The translations under genes and the position numbers were made by a program. Shown here in pieces: positions 46,278 through 56,243 of a DNA stretch of 64,000 nt. The stretch is from the NCBI GenBank assembly GCA_963702435.1, contig CAVPCR010000002.1, forward strand, positions 256,001 through 320,000. The letters are read 5' to 3'. Each line of letters opens with the position of its first letter. Within the stretch, counting starts at the first letter, position 1. The stretch is from Candidatus Eiseniibacteriota bacterium (GTDB lineage: Bacteria > Eisenbacteria > RBG-16-71-46 > CAVPCR01). The notes under the pieces were generated by a model, which saw only the letters and a program-made list of their open reading frames with translations, did not search any database and was not told where the DNA came from.

Positions 46278-46646
46278 TCATGGGCTCCGGTCGGAAGGTA
46301 GGCTGTCCAGGTCGAAGCTCGCACGATCGAAGTCCTCCCGCTGATCCTCGGGACGCTTGCCGAGGAGCTCGACGGCGATCATGTTGAAGACCAGATCGCC
46401 GAACTGACTCGCCTCGTGGATGCCCCAGTGGTTGAACACGGTTTTGGTCAAGGGGCCGAACTCCTTGACCCCCAGCTCGCGGATCCCCGCCATGAGCTCC
46501 GCCGCGGTCACGTGCCCGATCCGCCCGCGGCGCTCGAGCGTGTAGCGGAGCGCCTCGACGACGAACGCATAGGCCTCGGCCCGGTAGCGCGGATCCCGCG
46601 CCAGCACCAGGTCGAGCCTCTCGATCGCGTCGCCGTCCTGCTCCAT
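46278..46646 (-). CDS. Minf_1886-family conserved hypothetical protein
   Basis: Has DPRY..EAY.FV.EAL, HVT..EL, EFGPL.KTV..HWGI and FGDLVFNMI. AGGA lies upstream. Confidence 0.75.
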   Translation of the reverse strand: MEQDGDAIERLDLVLARDPRYRAEAYAFVVEALRYTLERRGRIGHVTAAELMAGIRELGVKEFGPLTKTVFNHWGIHEASQFGDLVFNMIAVELLGKRPEDQREDFDRASFDLDSLPSDRSP

Positions 46647-46682
46647 CTCGGTCAGCGGTCCTCTTTCCGTGCTGCAGCGGCC

Positions 46683-47540
46683 CTACGCCGTGACGGCGCA
46701 GGCCGGGTAACCGACCACTTGCCGGCGGTCGCCGGTGACATCCCCCGAGTTCTGATAGGCGAGGACCTGCACGGCCCGCCCGCCGAGGATCCGCGCTGCA
46801 TAGAGCACCGCGGCGATCGGCCCGCCGCCGCACGCCTCGAGATGGCCGCTGGTGAGCCCGGCCAGGAGGCCGTCGGGATCGAACGCCGCGATGCGCCGGA
46901 GCGCCTCGCGATCGAGGGCCACCGCCTCGTCGTACTCATGATAGTGGGAGAGATCCGAGCTCGCGACGAGGAGACTCTGCGGCGCCGCTCCGGCGACCCG
47001 GGCCAGCACCTGCCCCAGATCGAGCGCCGTGGCCCGATCCTGCCTGCCCATCACCATCGGCACGAGCCGGAAGGACGAGAGCTGCCGCTGCAGGAACGGG
47101 AGCTGCACCTCGAGCGCATGCTCCTCCTCGTGCACGGCGTTGCGGACGAAGATGTGCCCCGACTCGCGCGTCAGCGCGTGGACGAGCTCGCGATCGATCG
47201 GCACGTCCCCGAGCGGCGTGCTGAACGCCTCCCCGTCCCACAGGGCGACGCCCGCGAACGCCGCATGGTGGCTCGGACCGACGAGAAAGACCCGCGCCAC
47301 CTGCGCCGGATCCAGCTCCCGATAGCCGGCGGCCGCCACCCGCCCCGAGTACGGATATCCCGCATGGGGCTCGACGAGAGCGAGCACGCGACCGCCCGCG
47401 TGGGCCGGTGGTCCGCAAGCCAGCATGCGATCCACATCGTGCTCGAGGCGGGTGCGCTCTCCGGGATAGAACATGCCGGCGACGGCCGGACGGCGCACGG
47501 CCCGCCGGCTGTGACCGCTTCCGCCCTCCCATGCGACCAT
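46683..47540 (-). CDS. amrB: AmmeMemoRadiSam system protein B (Memo-like)
   Basis: Has RRPAVAGMFYP, PHAGYPYSG, GPSHH, EHALEVQLPFLQ, SSDLSHY, ACGGGP and NSGDV. Confidence 0.92.
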   Translation of the reverse strand: MVAWEGGSGHSRRAVRRPAVAGMFYPGERTRLEHDVDRMLACGPPAHAGGRVLALVEPHAGYPYSGRVAAAGYRELDPAQVARVFLVGPSHHAAFAGVALWDGEAFSTPLGDVPIDRELVHALTRESGHIFVRNAVHEEEHALEVQLPFLQRQLSSFRLVPMVMGRQDRATALDLGQVLARVAGAAPQSLLVASSDLSHYHEYDEAVALDREALRRIAAFDPDGLLAGLTSGHLEACGGGPIAAVLYAARILGGRAVQVLAYQNSGDVTGDRRQVVGYPACAVTA

Positions 47541-47619
47541 GACCCTTCTCCCTTTCGCGCCCGCTCCCGTTCGCACCACGCATCGGAACCGGGGCGGGGC
47601 CTAAGTCCATCCGTCTATC

Positions 47620-49296
47620 CTACCCGGTCCGGCCGCGGGCTGCTCGCGCCCGGCCGGCGGCGGCCGGGCGGCGGCCGTCCGCGCCGAGGAGCGGCGCCGG
47701 CAGGAACTCCCGCCCCCGCAGGAGCGAGTCACGCCGCCAGCGGCGATCGTCGCGCTCGGGATGGTCCCGGTTCCAGTGCAGCCCCCGCGATTCGAGCCGC
47801 CGCGCCGCCGAGAGGATGATGAGCTCGGCCAGGTGTCCGATGTTCCGGAGCTCGACCAGGTCCGCATCGAGCACGTAGTCGCGATAGCTGGCCTCGATCT
47901 CCTCGCGGAGGACGGCGACGCGCTGGGCCGCCCGGCGGAGCCGGTCGTCGCTCCGCACGATCCCCACGTAGTCCCACATCAGGCGGCGGACCTCGTCCCA
48001 GTCGTGATCGAAGGTGACCGCCTCGCGCGGGCGTCCGGCCTCGCCCGGCGCCCAGGGCTGCGGCCGCGCCAGTCGCTCGCGGCGGCGGACGATCGCGCGC
48101 GCCGTCGTCGCCGCGCGGTGCGCGAAGACCACGGCCTCGAGCAGCGAGTTCGAGGCCAGGCGATTGGCGCCGTGCACGCCCGTCATCGCCACCTCGCCGA
48201 TGGCGAGAAGCCCCGGAATCGAGGTCCGCGCCCGGAGGTCGGTCGCGACCCCGCCGCACTGGTAGTGGGCGGCGGGCACGACCGGGATCGGCTCCTTCGT
48301 CATGTCGATGCCGAGCGCGCGGAGCTTCGCGTCGATCATCGGGAACCGTTCGCGCACGCGGGCCGGGTCGAGGTGCGTGACGTCGAGCAGCACGTGCGGA
48401 TCGCCGCGGCGCTTCATCTCTCCGTCGATCGCGCGCGCCACGATGTCGCGCGGAGCGAGCTCCGCCATGGGATGAACGCCCGGCATGAAGCGGACGCCGC
48501 CGAGCGTGCGCAGGATCCCGCCCTCGCCGCGGACCGCCTCCGAGATCAGGAAGGAGCGGGCCTGCGGGTGATAGAGACAGGTGGGATGGAACTGCACGAA
48601 CTCGAGGTTGCCGACGACCGCGCCGGCGCGATGGGCGATGGCGACGCCGTCCCCGGTCGCGATGTCGGGATTCGAGGTGTAGAGGTAGACGCGCCCCGAG
48701 CCCCCGGAGGCGAGGATGGTCACGCGCGCCGCGACCGGCGAGATGGACCCCGTTCGCGTCTCCATGACATAGGCGCCGAGGCAACGCTCGCCGGGCCCGA
48801 GGCCGAGGCGGGAGCCGAGGATCAGATCGACGGCCATGCAGTGCTCGGCGATCCGGATCCGCGGCTCGGCGGCGACCGCGGCGAGGAGCCCGCGCTCGAT
48901 CTCCCGGCCGGTCATGTCGGCCGCGTGCACGATGCGCCGGCGGGAATGGCCGCCCTCCCGGCCGAGCGCGAAGTCGGGTCCCGTGCGGCTGAAGCGGACC
49001 CCGTGGCGTACGAGCTCGCGGACGCGAGCCGGCCCGCTCTCGACGATCAGCTCGACCGCGTCCCGATGACAGAGCCCGACCCCGGCGCGCAGGGTGTCGG
49101 CCACGTGCAGATCGAAGCGATCCCCAGCATCCATCACCGCGGCGAGCCCGCCCTGGGCGTAGTTGGTCGAGGACTCGCGATCCTCCTTCTTGGTGATCAC
49201 GAGCACCTCGCCGAAGGGGGCGCACTTGAGCGCCGCGGAGAGCCCGGCGATGCCGGAGCCGATCACCAGGACGGCGGTCGACGACGGGAGCTTCAT
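47620..49296 (-). CDS. nadB: L-aspartate oxidase
   Basis: Has GSGIAGL, STNYAQGG, REGGHS..RIVHAAD.TG, QFHPT, LISEAVRGEG, PAAHYQCGG and HGANRLASNSLLE. Confidence 0.96.
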   Translation of the reverse strand: MKLPSSTAVLVIGSGIAGLSAALKCAPFGEVLVITKKEDRESSTNYAQGGLAAVMDAGDRFDLHVADTLRAGVGLCHRDAVELIVESGPARVRELVRHGVRFSRTGPDFALGREGGHSRRRIVHAADMTGREIERGLLAAVAAEPRIRIAEHCMAVDLILGSRLGLGPGERCLGAYVMETRTGSISPVAARVTILASGGSGRVYLYTSNPDIATGDGVAIAHRAGAVVGNLEFVQFHPTCLYHPQARSFLISEAVRGEGGILRTLGGVRFMPGVHPMAELAPRDIVARAIDGEMKRRGDPHVLLDVTHLDPARVRERFPMIDAKLRALGIDMTKEPIPVVPAAHYQCGGVATDLRARTSIPGLLAIGEVAMTGVHGANRLASNSLLEAVVFAHRAATTARAIVRRRERLARPQPWAPGEAGRPREAVTFDHDWDEVRRLMWDYVGIVRSDDRLRRAAQRVAVLREEIEASYRDYVLDADLVELRNIGHLAELIILSAARRLESRGLHWNRDHPERDDRRWRRDSLLRGREFLPAPLLGADGRRPAAAGRARAARGRTG

Positions 49297-49409
49297 GCCC
49301 TTCCGTTCCTCGAAATCGCTCGAGACATTCCATGTAACTTCATGATCCGTCTCCCGATCGCCATGCGACGATGCACCGCTTTGCGGGGCTGGACCGAACC
49401 CCGGGAGCG

Positions 49410-49417
49410 AGCATAGC
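49410..49417 (-). promoter_or_regulatory. Putative -10 GCTATGCT upstream of nadB
   Basis: Same GCTAnnnT motif, immediately after the lpxK stop, leaving a leader of about 105 nt. Confidence 0.45.
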
Positions 49418-50521
49418 TCAAACCGCGCGCTCGCCGCGGGCCGCGCCGAGGACGGCGTGGCGGAGATCGTCCTCCCCGGTCTCGAAGCGCAGCGCCAGCT
49501 CCGCGACGAGGACTTGAGCGCCGATCGCGGCGGCGAGCCCGGGACCAAACGCCGCGAGGAGACGCGGCTCGTCCTTCTCGGTCGTGACGAGGGTCGAGGC
49601 GACGCGGGTCAGGGCGGCGAGCCGCGGCCGGTCGGCGGCGCTGAACGGATGATGGTCCGGGAAAGCGGCGGTCATCGCCACCTCGATCCCGGCCGCCCGC
49701 AGCCCCGCGGCCAGTCGCTCCGGGCGGGCGATCCCGGCCACGGCGGCGACCGGCCCCGCGATCGCGCCCGGCGGCAGGAGCGGCGCCGAGAAGTCCCCGA
49801 GCGGGCGGACTCCCGCGATCGCGGCCGCGGCCGTGGCGAGCGGGAGCGCGGGCGCGATCGCGCCCACCTCGCGCGCGCGCGCCGCCACATCGGCGGGTGA
49901 TTCGGTGGGACCGTGCACGAGGATGCCGCGGTGCGCGCGGCCGAGGGCGGAGGGCGGCTCGCGAAGCCGGCCGGCCGGGAGGAGCCGGCCGGCGGCGAGC
50001 GGATCCGCCGCCGCGAGCGCCACGAGGTCGAGATCGCGGGCCAGGCGGCGATGCTGGAAGCCGTCGTCGAGGAGGAACACGCCGCCCGCGAGGAGCGGCG
50101 CCAGCGCCCGCGCCGCCCGCCGGCGATCGGCGTCCACGCCGAGGGTGACCCCGGGCGCGCGCCGCGCGAGGAACCACGGCTCGTCGCCGATCTCGGCGAC
50201 CGCCGGGAGCGGCCCGCCGGCCGGCCGGAGGATGGTGGCGCGCGCCCGCCGGCCGTGGCCGCGGGTGAGGAGAGCGACCGGGATGCCGGATGCGAGGAGC
50301 CACTGCGCGATCGCGAGGACGAGCGGCGTCTTGCCGGTTCCGCCGACCGCGAGGTTTCCGACCGAGATCACGGGCAGCGGCGCCCGCTCGACGGCGAGGA
50401 AACCGCGCGCGAAGAGCGCGTTCCGGAGCGCCACCGCGCCGCCGAAGAGCGCGGCGGCGAGCGACGCGAGCGGCGCGGGCAGCGGATCCGCCACTCCGCC
50501 CGCGCGCTCCTCTCCGCTCAT
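49418..50521 (-). CDS. lpxK: Tetraacyldisaccharide 4'-kinase
   Basis: Has SVGNLAVGGTGKTP, GDEP, LDDGFQHRRL, LPAGRLRE, FPDHH and TTEKD. Confidence 0.95.
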   Translation of the reverse strand: MSGEERAGGVADPLPAPLASLAAALFGGAVALRNALFARGFLAVERAPLPVISVGNLAVGGTGKTPLVLAIAQWLLASGIPVALLTRGHGRRARATILRPAGGPLPAVAEIGDEPWFLARRAPGVTLGVDADRRRAARALAPLLAGGVFLLDDGFQHRRLARDLDLVALAAADPLAAGRLLPAGRLREPPSALGRAHRGILVHGPTESPADVAARAREVGAIAPALPLATAAAAIAGVRPLGDFSAPLLPPGAIAGPVAAVAGIARPERLAAGLRAAGIEVAMTAAFPDHHPFSAADRPRLAALTRVASTLVTTEKDEPRLLAAFGPGLAAAIGAQVLVAELALRFETGEDDLRHAVLGAARGERAV

Positions 50522-51852
50522 GCCTCCTCCGCGCGCGGCGGGAAGTCGGGCCCGAGCCGCTCGGCGACGAAGCCGACGGCGCGGGCGGCGGCGCCGCGCG
50601 CCCCGGCCACCGCCGCCCGCGCCCGCTCCCCTGCCGCCCCGGCCCGCTCCGGAGCGGCGAGGAGCGGGCCCAGGGCTGCCGCCAGTTCCTGCGCATCGGC
50701 GCAAGTTATTCCTCCACCCGCGGCGAGGAGCAGCTCGACCTCCCCCGCGGTGCCGCGCTGCCCCGGGCCGAAGAGGACCGCCCGCCCGCGCACCGCCGGC
50801 TCGAGCACGTTGTGGCCGCCGCGCCCCGTGAAGCCGCCGCCGACGATCGCCACCCAGCCGAGCGCGTAGGCCGCCGCGAGCTCGCCGAGCGTGTCGAGGA
50901 GGAGCACCTCGGTGCCGCCTTCCGCGGCGGCGGCGAGCGCCGCGCCGAGCGGCGCCGGCGACGCGCTCCGCCGCGCGGTGCGGAACCCGCGTTGCGCTGA
51001 GAGCGCCGCGACCGCGCCCACGCGCGGGAGATGGCGCGGCGCGAGGACGAGGAGCGGCGCCGGCGATACGGCAAGCGCCCGGTACGCGGCGAGGAGGAGC
51101 TCCTCATCGCCCTCCCGGGTCGAGCCGGCGACGACGACCGCCCGCCCCGCGAGCGGGGCGGGCGGGGCGGCCGCCTCCGCCCACGGCTGGGCGTCGATCT
51201 TGCTCGAGCCGGCGACGCGGATGGCCGCGGGCGGCGTCCCGAGCGCGGCGAAACGCTCCGCGTCCGCCGCGCTCTGCGCCGCCACCGCGCAGAGCTCGGC
51301 GAGGAGCGGCCGGAGGAGCGGCGCGAGGAGGCGGTACCGGGGCAGGCTCTCGGCCGTGAGCCGCCCGTTCACGATCGCCGCCGGCACGCGGCGCGCCGCC
51401 GCCGTCCCGAGGAGGCCGGGCCACAGCTCGGTCTCGGCCAGGAGGAGGAGATCCGGCGCGAGAGCGGTGAAGGCGCGCTCGAGCGGAGCCCGGCAATCGG
51501 CGGGGAGTGCGAAGGCGCGCTCCGGTCCGACCAGGCGCCGCGCCCGATCCACCCCGGTGTCGGTGAACGCCGAGACGACGACTCCCGCCGCGGGCCAGCG
51601 CGCCGCGAGCTCGGTGAGAATCGGCGGCAAGGCGCTGATTTCTCCGACGGAGGCGCCGTGGAGCCAGATCCGCGGCCGGGCGGCCGCGTAGCCCGCGGGC
51701 GGGGTCACCCGGCCGTCGCGCTCGAGCCGGATCGCCTGGTCCCGGCCGTAGCGGCCATGCCAGCGGAGGAGAGCGAACGTGCCGCGCGCCACCGCCCCGT
51801 AGACGAGACCGGCGGCGCGGCTCGCGAAGGGGACGGCCGCGAGCGGCGTCAT
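50518..51852 (-). CDS. waaA: Kdo transferase
   Basis: Has WLHGASVGE, ETELWP, NGRL, GSTREGDE, APRH, DTLGEL and GGHNVLEPA. Confidence 0.95.
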   Translation of the reverse strand: MTPLAAVPFASRAAGLVYGAVARGTFALLRWHGRYGRDQAIRLERDGRVTPPAGYAAARPRIWLHGASVGEISALPPILTELAARWPAAGVVVSAFTDTGVDRARRLVGPERAFALPADCRAPLERAFTALAPDLLLLAETELWPGLLGTAAARRVPAAIVNGRLTAESLPRYRLLAPLLRPLLAELCAVAAQSAADAERFAALGTPPAAIRVAGSSKIDAQPWAEAAAPPAPLAGRAVVVAGSTREGDEELLLAAYRALAVSPAPLLVLAPRHLPRVGAVAALSAQRGFRTARRSASPAPLGAALAAAAEGGTEVLLLDTLGELAAAYALGWVAIVGGGFTGRGGHNVLEPAVRGRAVLFGPGQRGTAGEVELLLAAGGGITCADAQELAAALGPLLAAPERAGAAGERARAAVAGARGAAARAVGFVAERLGPDFPPRAEEA

Positions 51853-53039
51853 CAGCGGGCCGCCTCGCGCTCGACGCGCGCGAGCTCGTCGAGGATGGCC
51901 GCGGCCGCCCGCGCCGCCGCCCCCGGCGGCCCGAGCCGGGCCCCGAGGGTCGCGAAGTCCGCGCGCTGCGCCGCCCGCGCCGCCGGATCGAGGAGCAGCC
52001 CGCGCGCCGCGGCGGCCACCGCGGGCACGGTGAACGCGCCCTGCACGAACTCGGGCACGATCGGCCGCCCGGCGACCACGTTGACCAGGCCGATCGAGTC
52101 GATGCGGACGAGCCGCCGCGCGATCGCATAGGTGAGCGGCGTCACCCGGTACACGATGAGCATCGGCGTACCGAGGAGCGCCGTCTCGAGCGTTGCGGTG
52201 CCGGCGGCGACGAGCGCGAGATCGGCGGCGCGCACGACCGCCGGATCGCCGCCGGGGACGAGCTCGGCGGCGACGCCGGCCGCCGCCGCGGCGCGCGCGT
52301 ACGGCGCCGTGGCCAGCCCTCGCCCCACGCGCACGAACACCTTGAGCCGCGGCACCGTGCGGCCGAGCTCCGCCGCCACGGCGAGGAGCGGCGGCAAGAG
52401 CCGCGCCACCTCGCCGCGCCGGCTCCCCGGTTGGAGGACGAGGGCGAGATCCGCGGCATCGAGACCGCACGCCGCTCGCGCCGCAGCGCGGGGCGGCGCC
52501 TCGAGCACCTGCTCGACGAGCGGATGGCCGACGTGCGTCACCGGCACGCCGGCGCCGGCGTAGAGCTCCACCTCGAAATCGAAGAACACGAGCATGCGGC
52601 GGACCACCCGCCGGATGAGAGCAAGGCGGCCCATGCCCCAGGCCCACAGCTGCGGGCTGATGAAGTAGACGACCGGCACGCCGCGCGCGTGCGCCGTGCG
52701 CGCGAGCCGCAGATTCAGCCCGGGGAAATCGACCGGGATAAAGAGGCTCGGCGGCGCCGCCCCCGCCGATCCGGCGAGCCGCGCCGCGAGCCGCCGGCGC
52801 ACCGCGAGGATCTCACCGAGGCGCCCGAGCACCTCGACCAGACCGACCACCGAGATCCGCTCGAGGTCGGCGAGGAGCTCGACCCCGGCCGCCGCCATCT
52901 CCGGCCCGCCGAGCCCGATCGAGCGCACGTCGGGACGCACGGCGTGGATGGCGCGCACGACCCGCGCCGCATGGCGATCGCCGGAGGCCTCCCCCGCCGA
53001 CCACAGCAGGACGGGGCCCGCGCCCCCGGGCCGGGTCAT
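51852..53039 (-). CDS. lpxB: Lipid A disaccharide synthase
   Basis: Has AGEASGD, DFPGLN, SPQLWAW, FEV..Y, VGHPL, PGSR..EV and GTATLE. Confidence 0.96.
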   Translation of the reverse strand: MTRPGGAGPVLLWSAGEASGDRHAARVVRAIHAVRPDVRSIGLGGPEMAAAGVELLADLERISVVGLVEVLGRLGEILAVRRRLAARLAGSAGAAPPSLFIPVDFPGLNLRLARTAHARGVPVVYFISPQLWAWGMGRLALIRRVVRRMLVFFDFEVELYAGAGVPVTHVGHPLVEQVLEAPPRAAARAACGLDAADLALVLQPGSRRGEVARLLPPLLAVAAELGRTVPRLKVFVRVGRGLATAPYARAAAAAGVAAELVPGGDPAVVRAADLALVAAGTATLETALLGTPMLIVYRVTPLTYAIARRLVRIDSIGLVNVVAGRPIVPEFVQGAFTVPAVAAAARGLLLDPAARAAQRADFATLGARLGPPGAAARAAAAILDELARVEREAAR

Positions 53040-53040
53040 G

Positions 53041-54045
53041 TCACACCCCGGCCGCGCTGCCCGCCGCCGCCTCGGCCATGCTCTCCGCCACCGCCGCGGC
53101 CAGCTCGACCGCACGGAGGCCGTCATCGCCGGACGGCACGGGCGGGCGACCGCTCGCGACCGCTTCGACGAAGGCCGCGATCTCGGCGGCGAGCGGCTCC
53201 GGATCGCCCTTCGCGTCGATCACCTGATGATCGAGGCTCGCCAGCAGCGCGGGGAGCGCTGCCGTTCCCGCGCCGGGGAGAATGGCCGCCGCCCCCGGCC
53301 GGCGGGTGATCACCTCGGCCGCGCGCGCGGCGAAGTCGATCGAGACGTAGGCGTCCGCCTGGAACAGGCGGAGCTTGCGCATCTTCTCGCGCGAGACGCG
53401 GCTCGCGGTCAGATTGGCGACGAGGCCGTCCGCGAACTCGATCCGCGCGTTGGCGATGTCGGCGCTCGCGGTCAGGACCGGCACGCCGACCGCGATCACG
53501 CGGCGGACCGGGGCCGGCGTGAGCGCGGCGACGAGATCGAGGTCGTGGATCATGAGATCGAAGATGACGTCCACATCGAGTCCGCGCGCGACGAAGGACG
53601 AGAGGCGATGCCCCTCGATGAAGCGAGGCGTCCGGATGAGGGGCGCCACGCGGCGAAAGGCCCCGTTCCAGCGTTCGACGTGCCCGATCATGAGCGGCGC
53701 GCCGCCGCGCCGTGCCGCGTCGCGGATGGCCGTGGCCGCCGCGACCGACGGCGCCATCGGCTTCTCGAGGAGGACCGCCTTGCCGCGCTCGAGGGCGGGA
53801 ATCGCGCAGGCGGCGTGGTCCGCCGCCGGGACCGCGACCGAGAGGGCGTCCACCGCGGCGACGAGATCCTCGGCGCTCGGAAAGACGCGGACTCCGAGCT
53901 CGGCGCCGACGGCGGCGGCGCGCGCGGCGTCGCGGTCCGCCACCCCGGCCAGCACGACCGCCGGATGGCGCGCGTAGTGCCGCGCGTGGTAGGCGCCGAG
54001 GTGTCCGACTCCGAGCACCCCGACCTGGAGGCGGTGTGCGCTCAT
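53041..54045 (-). CDS. Gfo/Idh/MocA oxidoreductase, GnnA-like (UDP-GlcNAc 3-dehydrogenase)
   Basis: Has GVGHLGAYHAR, EKPM, GHVERWN, DVDVIFDLMIHDLD and ANLTASRVS. Sits between lpxA and lpxB. Confidence 0.8.
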   Translation of the reverse strand: MSAHRLQVGVLGVGHLGAYHARHYARHPAVVLAGVADRDAARAAAVGAELGVRVFPSAEDLVAAVDALSVAVPAADHAACAIPALERGKAVLLEKPMAPSVAAATAIRDAARRGGAPLMIGHVERWNGAFRRVAPLIRTPRFIEGHRLSSFVARGLDVDVIFDLMIHDLDLVAALTPAPVRRVIAVGVPVLTASADIANARIEFADGLVANLTASRVSREKMRKLRLFQADAYVSIDFAARAAEVITRRPGAAAILPGAGTAALPALLASLDHQVIDAKGDPEPLAAEIAAFVEAVASGRPPVPSGDDGLRAVELAAAVAESMAEAAAGSAAGV

Positions 54046-54099
54046 CTCCTCCTCCCCGCGCGCCCCCGGGCGGCCGCGCCCGGGCAGCCGCACCGGCCC

Positions 54100-54876
54100 C
54101 TACTTCGTGATGCCTCGCTCCGAGGCCGCGATGAAATCGAGGAAGGCCGTGACCTCGGGGAATGGCTTGAGCTCGGCCCGAGCCTTCTCGAGCGCCTGCG
54201 TCACGTTGAGCTCCGAGCGATAGACCGTCCGGTAGGCGCGCTTCAGCTCCGCCACCACCTCGGCCGGAAAGCCGCGCCGGGCGAGGCCGACCGAGTTGAG
54301 TCCGGCCACCCGGAGCGGGTTCCCCGCGCAGCGCACGAAAGGCGGGATGTCTTGCGGGATGCGGGAGCCGCCGCCGATGAAGGAGTGCCGTCCGATGCGG
54401 ACGAACTGGTGGATGGGGGTCATGCCGCCGATGATCGCCGCGTCCTCGATCGAGACGTGGCCGGCCAGCATGACGGCGTTGGCGAGGATCACCCCGTTCC
54501 CTATCCTACAGTTGTGGGCGACGTGCACGTAGGCCATGAGCAGGTTGTCGTCGCCGATCGTGGTCTCGCCCCCCTCCTCGGTCGCCCGGTGGATGGTGAC
54601 GTACTCGCGGATCACGTTGCGCCGCCCGATCCGCACCCAGCTCTGGGCTCCGCTGTACTTGAGATCCTGCGGCTCGTTGCCGATGACCGCGCCGGCGTGA
54701 ATGCGGCAGTCCTCGCCGATCACGGTCCAGCCGTCGAGGACCGCATGCGGCCCGATCACGGTGCGATCGCCGACGACCACGTTGTCGCCGACGATCGCGT
54801 AGTGGCCGACCCGCACGCCCGACCCGAGCCTGGCCCCGGGGGCGACGATGGCGGTTGCGTCGATGACGGTGGACAT
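54100..54876 (-). CDS. lpxA: Acyl-ACP--UDP-GlcNAc O-acyltransferase
   Basis: Hexapeptide repeats plus PQDLKY, IREYVTIHRAT, HVAHNC, LAGHV and HQFVRIG. Confidence 0.97.
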   Translation of the reverse strand: MSTVIDATAIVAPGARLGSGVRVGHYAIVGDNVVVGDRTVIGPHAVLDGWTVIGEDCRIHAGAVIGNEPQDLKYSGAQSWVRIGRRNVIREYVTIHRATEEGGETTIGDDNLLMAYVHVAHNCRIGNGVILANAVMLAGHVSIEDAAIIGGMTPIHQFVRIGRHSFIGGGSRIPQDIPPFVRCAGNPLRVAGLNSVGLARRGFPAEVVAELKRAYRTVYRSELNVTQALEKARAELKPFPEVTAFLDFIAASERGITK

Positions 54877-54923
54877 CTCCGTCTGTTCTCCTCGCTCCGG
54901 CGCGGTCCGACCGCGGGAATCCG

Positions 54924-56243
54924 TCAGCGCTCGATCACGCTCGACAGGAGCTCCGCCTCGGCGACCAGATTGCCGTCCACGTAAGCCTCGCCGCGCATCC
55001 GGCAGATGCGGCCCTTCAGCTTGAGCAGGGTGAGCTCGAAGCGGAGCTGGTCTCCGGGCGTCACCGGGCGGCGAAACTTGGCCTTGTCGATGCCGATGAA
55101 GTAGACGAGCTTCGAGTCGGGTTCTTCGACCCGATTGAGCAACATGAAACCGCCCACCTGGGCCATGGCCTCGATGATGAGCACCGCGGGCATGATCGGA
55201 TGCCCGGGGAAGTGCCCGGCGAAGAAGGCCTCGTTGGCGGTCACGTTCTTGATCCCGACCACCTTGGTGGCGGTGAGCTCGAGGATGCGGTCGACGAGCA
55301 GCATCGGGTAGCGGTGCGGCATGATGCGCTCGATCGCCGTGATGTCCCAGATCCGCTCGCCGCCGGGAGTCATGGTCGGCCGCGCCCCGCCCATCGAGCC
55401 CGCGGTGGCCGCGCGGAGCTTGCGCACGAACTTGACGTGCGACTGATGCCCGGAGCGGAAGGCCACGATGTGGGCGTGCAGCGGCGCTCCGACGAAGGAC
55501 AGATCGCCGAGCAGGTCGAGGATCTTGTGGCGCACGAACTCGTTCGGAAAGCGCAGCGGTTCGTCGTTCAGGATCTTGTCGTCCTCGATGACGACCGCAT
55601 TGGACAGGGATCCGCCCTTGATCATGCCGGCCCGGCGGAGCTCCTCGACGTCCTTGAGCAGCACGAAGGTGCGGGCCGGAGCGATCTCCCGCTCGAAGGT
55701 CTCCGGATCCAGCTCGAAGCTCGCGCTCTGCGTGCCCACCACCCGGTTCGGGTAGTCGATCGTGTAGGTGATGCGGAGGCCGTCGTGCGGCACGGCGAGG
55801 AGCTGCACGCCCTGCTCGTCGAGGCTGACCGGTCCGTCGAGCCGCAGATAGTGCCGGGGCGCCCCCTGCTCGCGGAAGCCGCCCGACTTGAGCGTCTCGA
55901 CGATGGGCAGCGCGCTGCCGTCGGCCGGCTCCGGCGCCTCCTCGCCGTCGATCTCGACGCGCAGGTTGTCGATGCCGAGACCGTGGATGGCGCCGAGGAT
56001 GTGCTCGACCGTGTGCACCTCGACCTGGCCGTTGGTGAGGATGGTGCGGCGCCCGCGGGCCGGGTCGTAGCGCGCCGACTGCGGGCTCACCGGAATGGGC
56101 AGGGTGCCGGCCACATCCACCCGCACGAAGGAGAGGCCCGAGTTCACCTCCTCCGGGCAGAAGGTGACGGTCGTGGACCGGCCGGAGTGGAGCCCGACTC
56201 CGGTGAAGGCAACCGGATGCTCGATGGTTCGCTGCTTGGTCAT
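54924..56243 (-). CDS. lpxC: Bifunctional LpxC/FabZ
   Basis: LpxC motifs KQRTI, GVGLHSG, TVEH, ARTF and [10 protein letters not shown], followed in frame by FabZ motifs [19 protein letters not shown] and EAMAQ. Confidence 0.96.
   Translation of the reverse strand: MTKQRTIEHPVAFTGVGLHSGRSTTVTFCPEEVNSGLSFVRVDVAGTLPIPVSPQSARYDPARGRRTILTNGQVEVHTVEHILGAIHGLGIDNLRVEIDGEEAPEPADGSALPIVETLKSGGFREQGAPRHYLRLDGPVSLDEQGVQLLAVPHDGLRITYTIDYPNRVVGTQSASFELDPETFEREIAPARTFVLLKDVEELRRAGMIKGGSLSNAVVIEDDKILNDEPLRFPNEFVRHKILDLLGDLSFVGAPLHAHIVAFRSGHQSHVKFVRKLRAATAGSMGGARPTMTPGGERIWDITAIERIMPHRYPMLLVDRILELTATKVVGIKNVTANEAFFAGHFPGHPIMPAVLIIEAMAQVGGFMLLNRVEEPDSKLVYFIGIDKAKFRRPVTPGDQLRFELTLLKLKGRICRMRGEAYVDGNLVAEAELLSSVIER

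Noticed and set aside
54924..56243. LpxC-FabZ fusion as a novelty
   Set aside because: It is a well-known bifunctional form in Bacteroidota and related lineages, useful only as a taxonomic hint.
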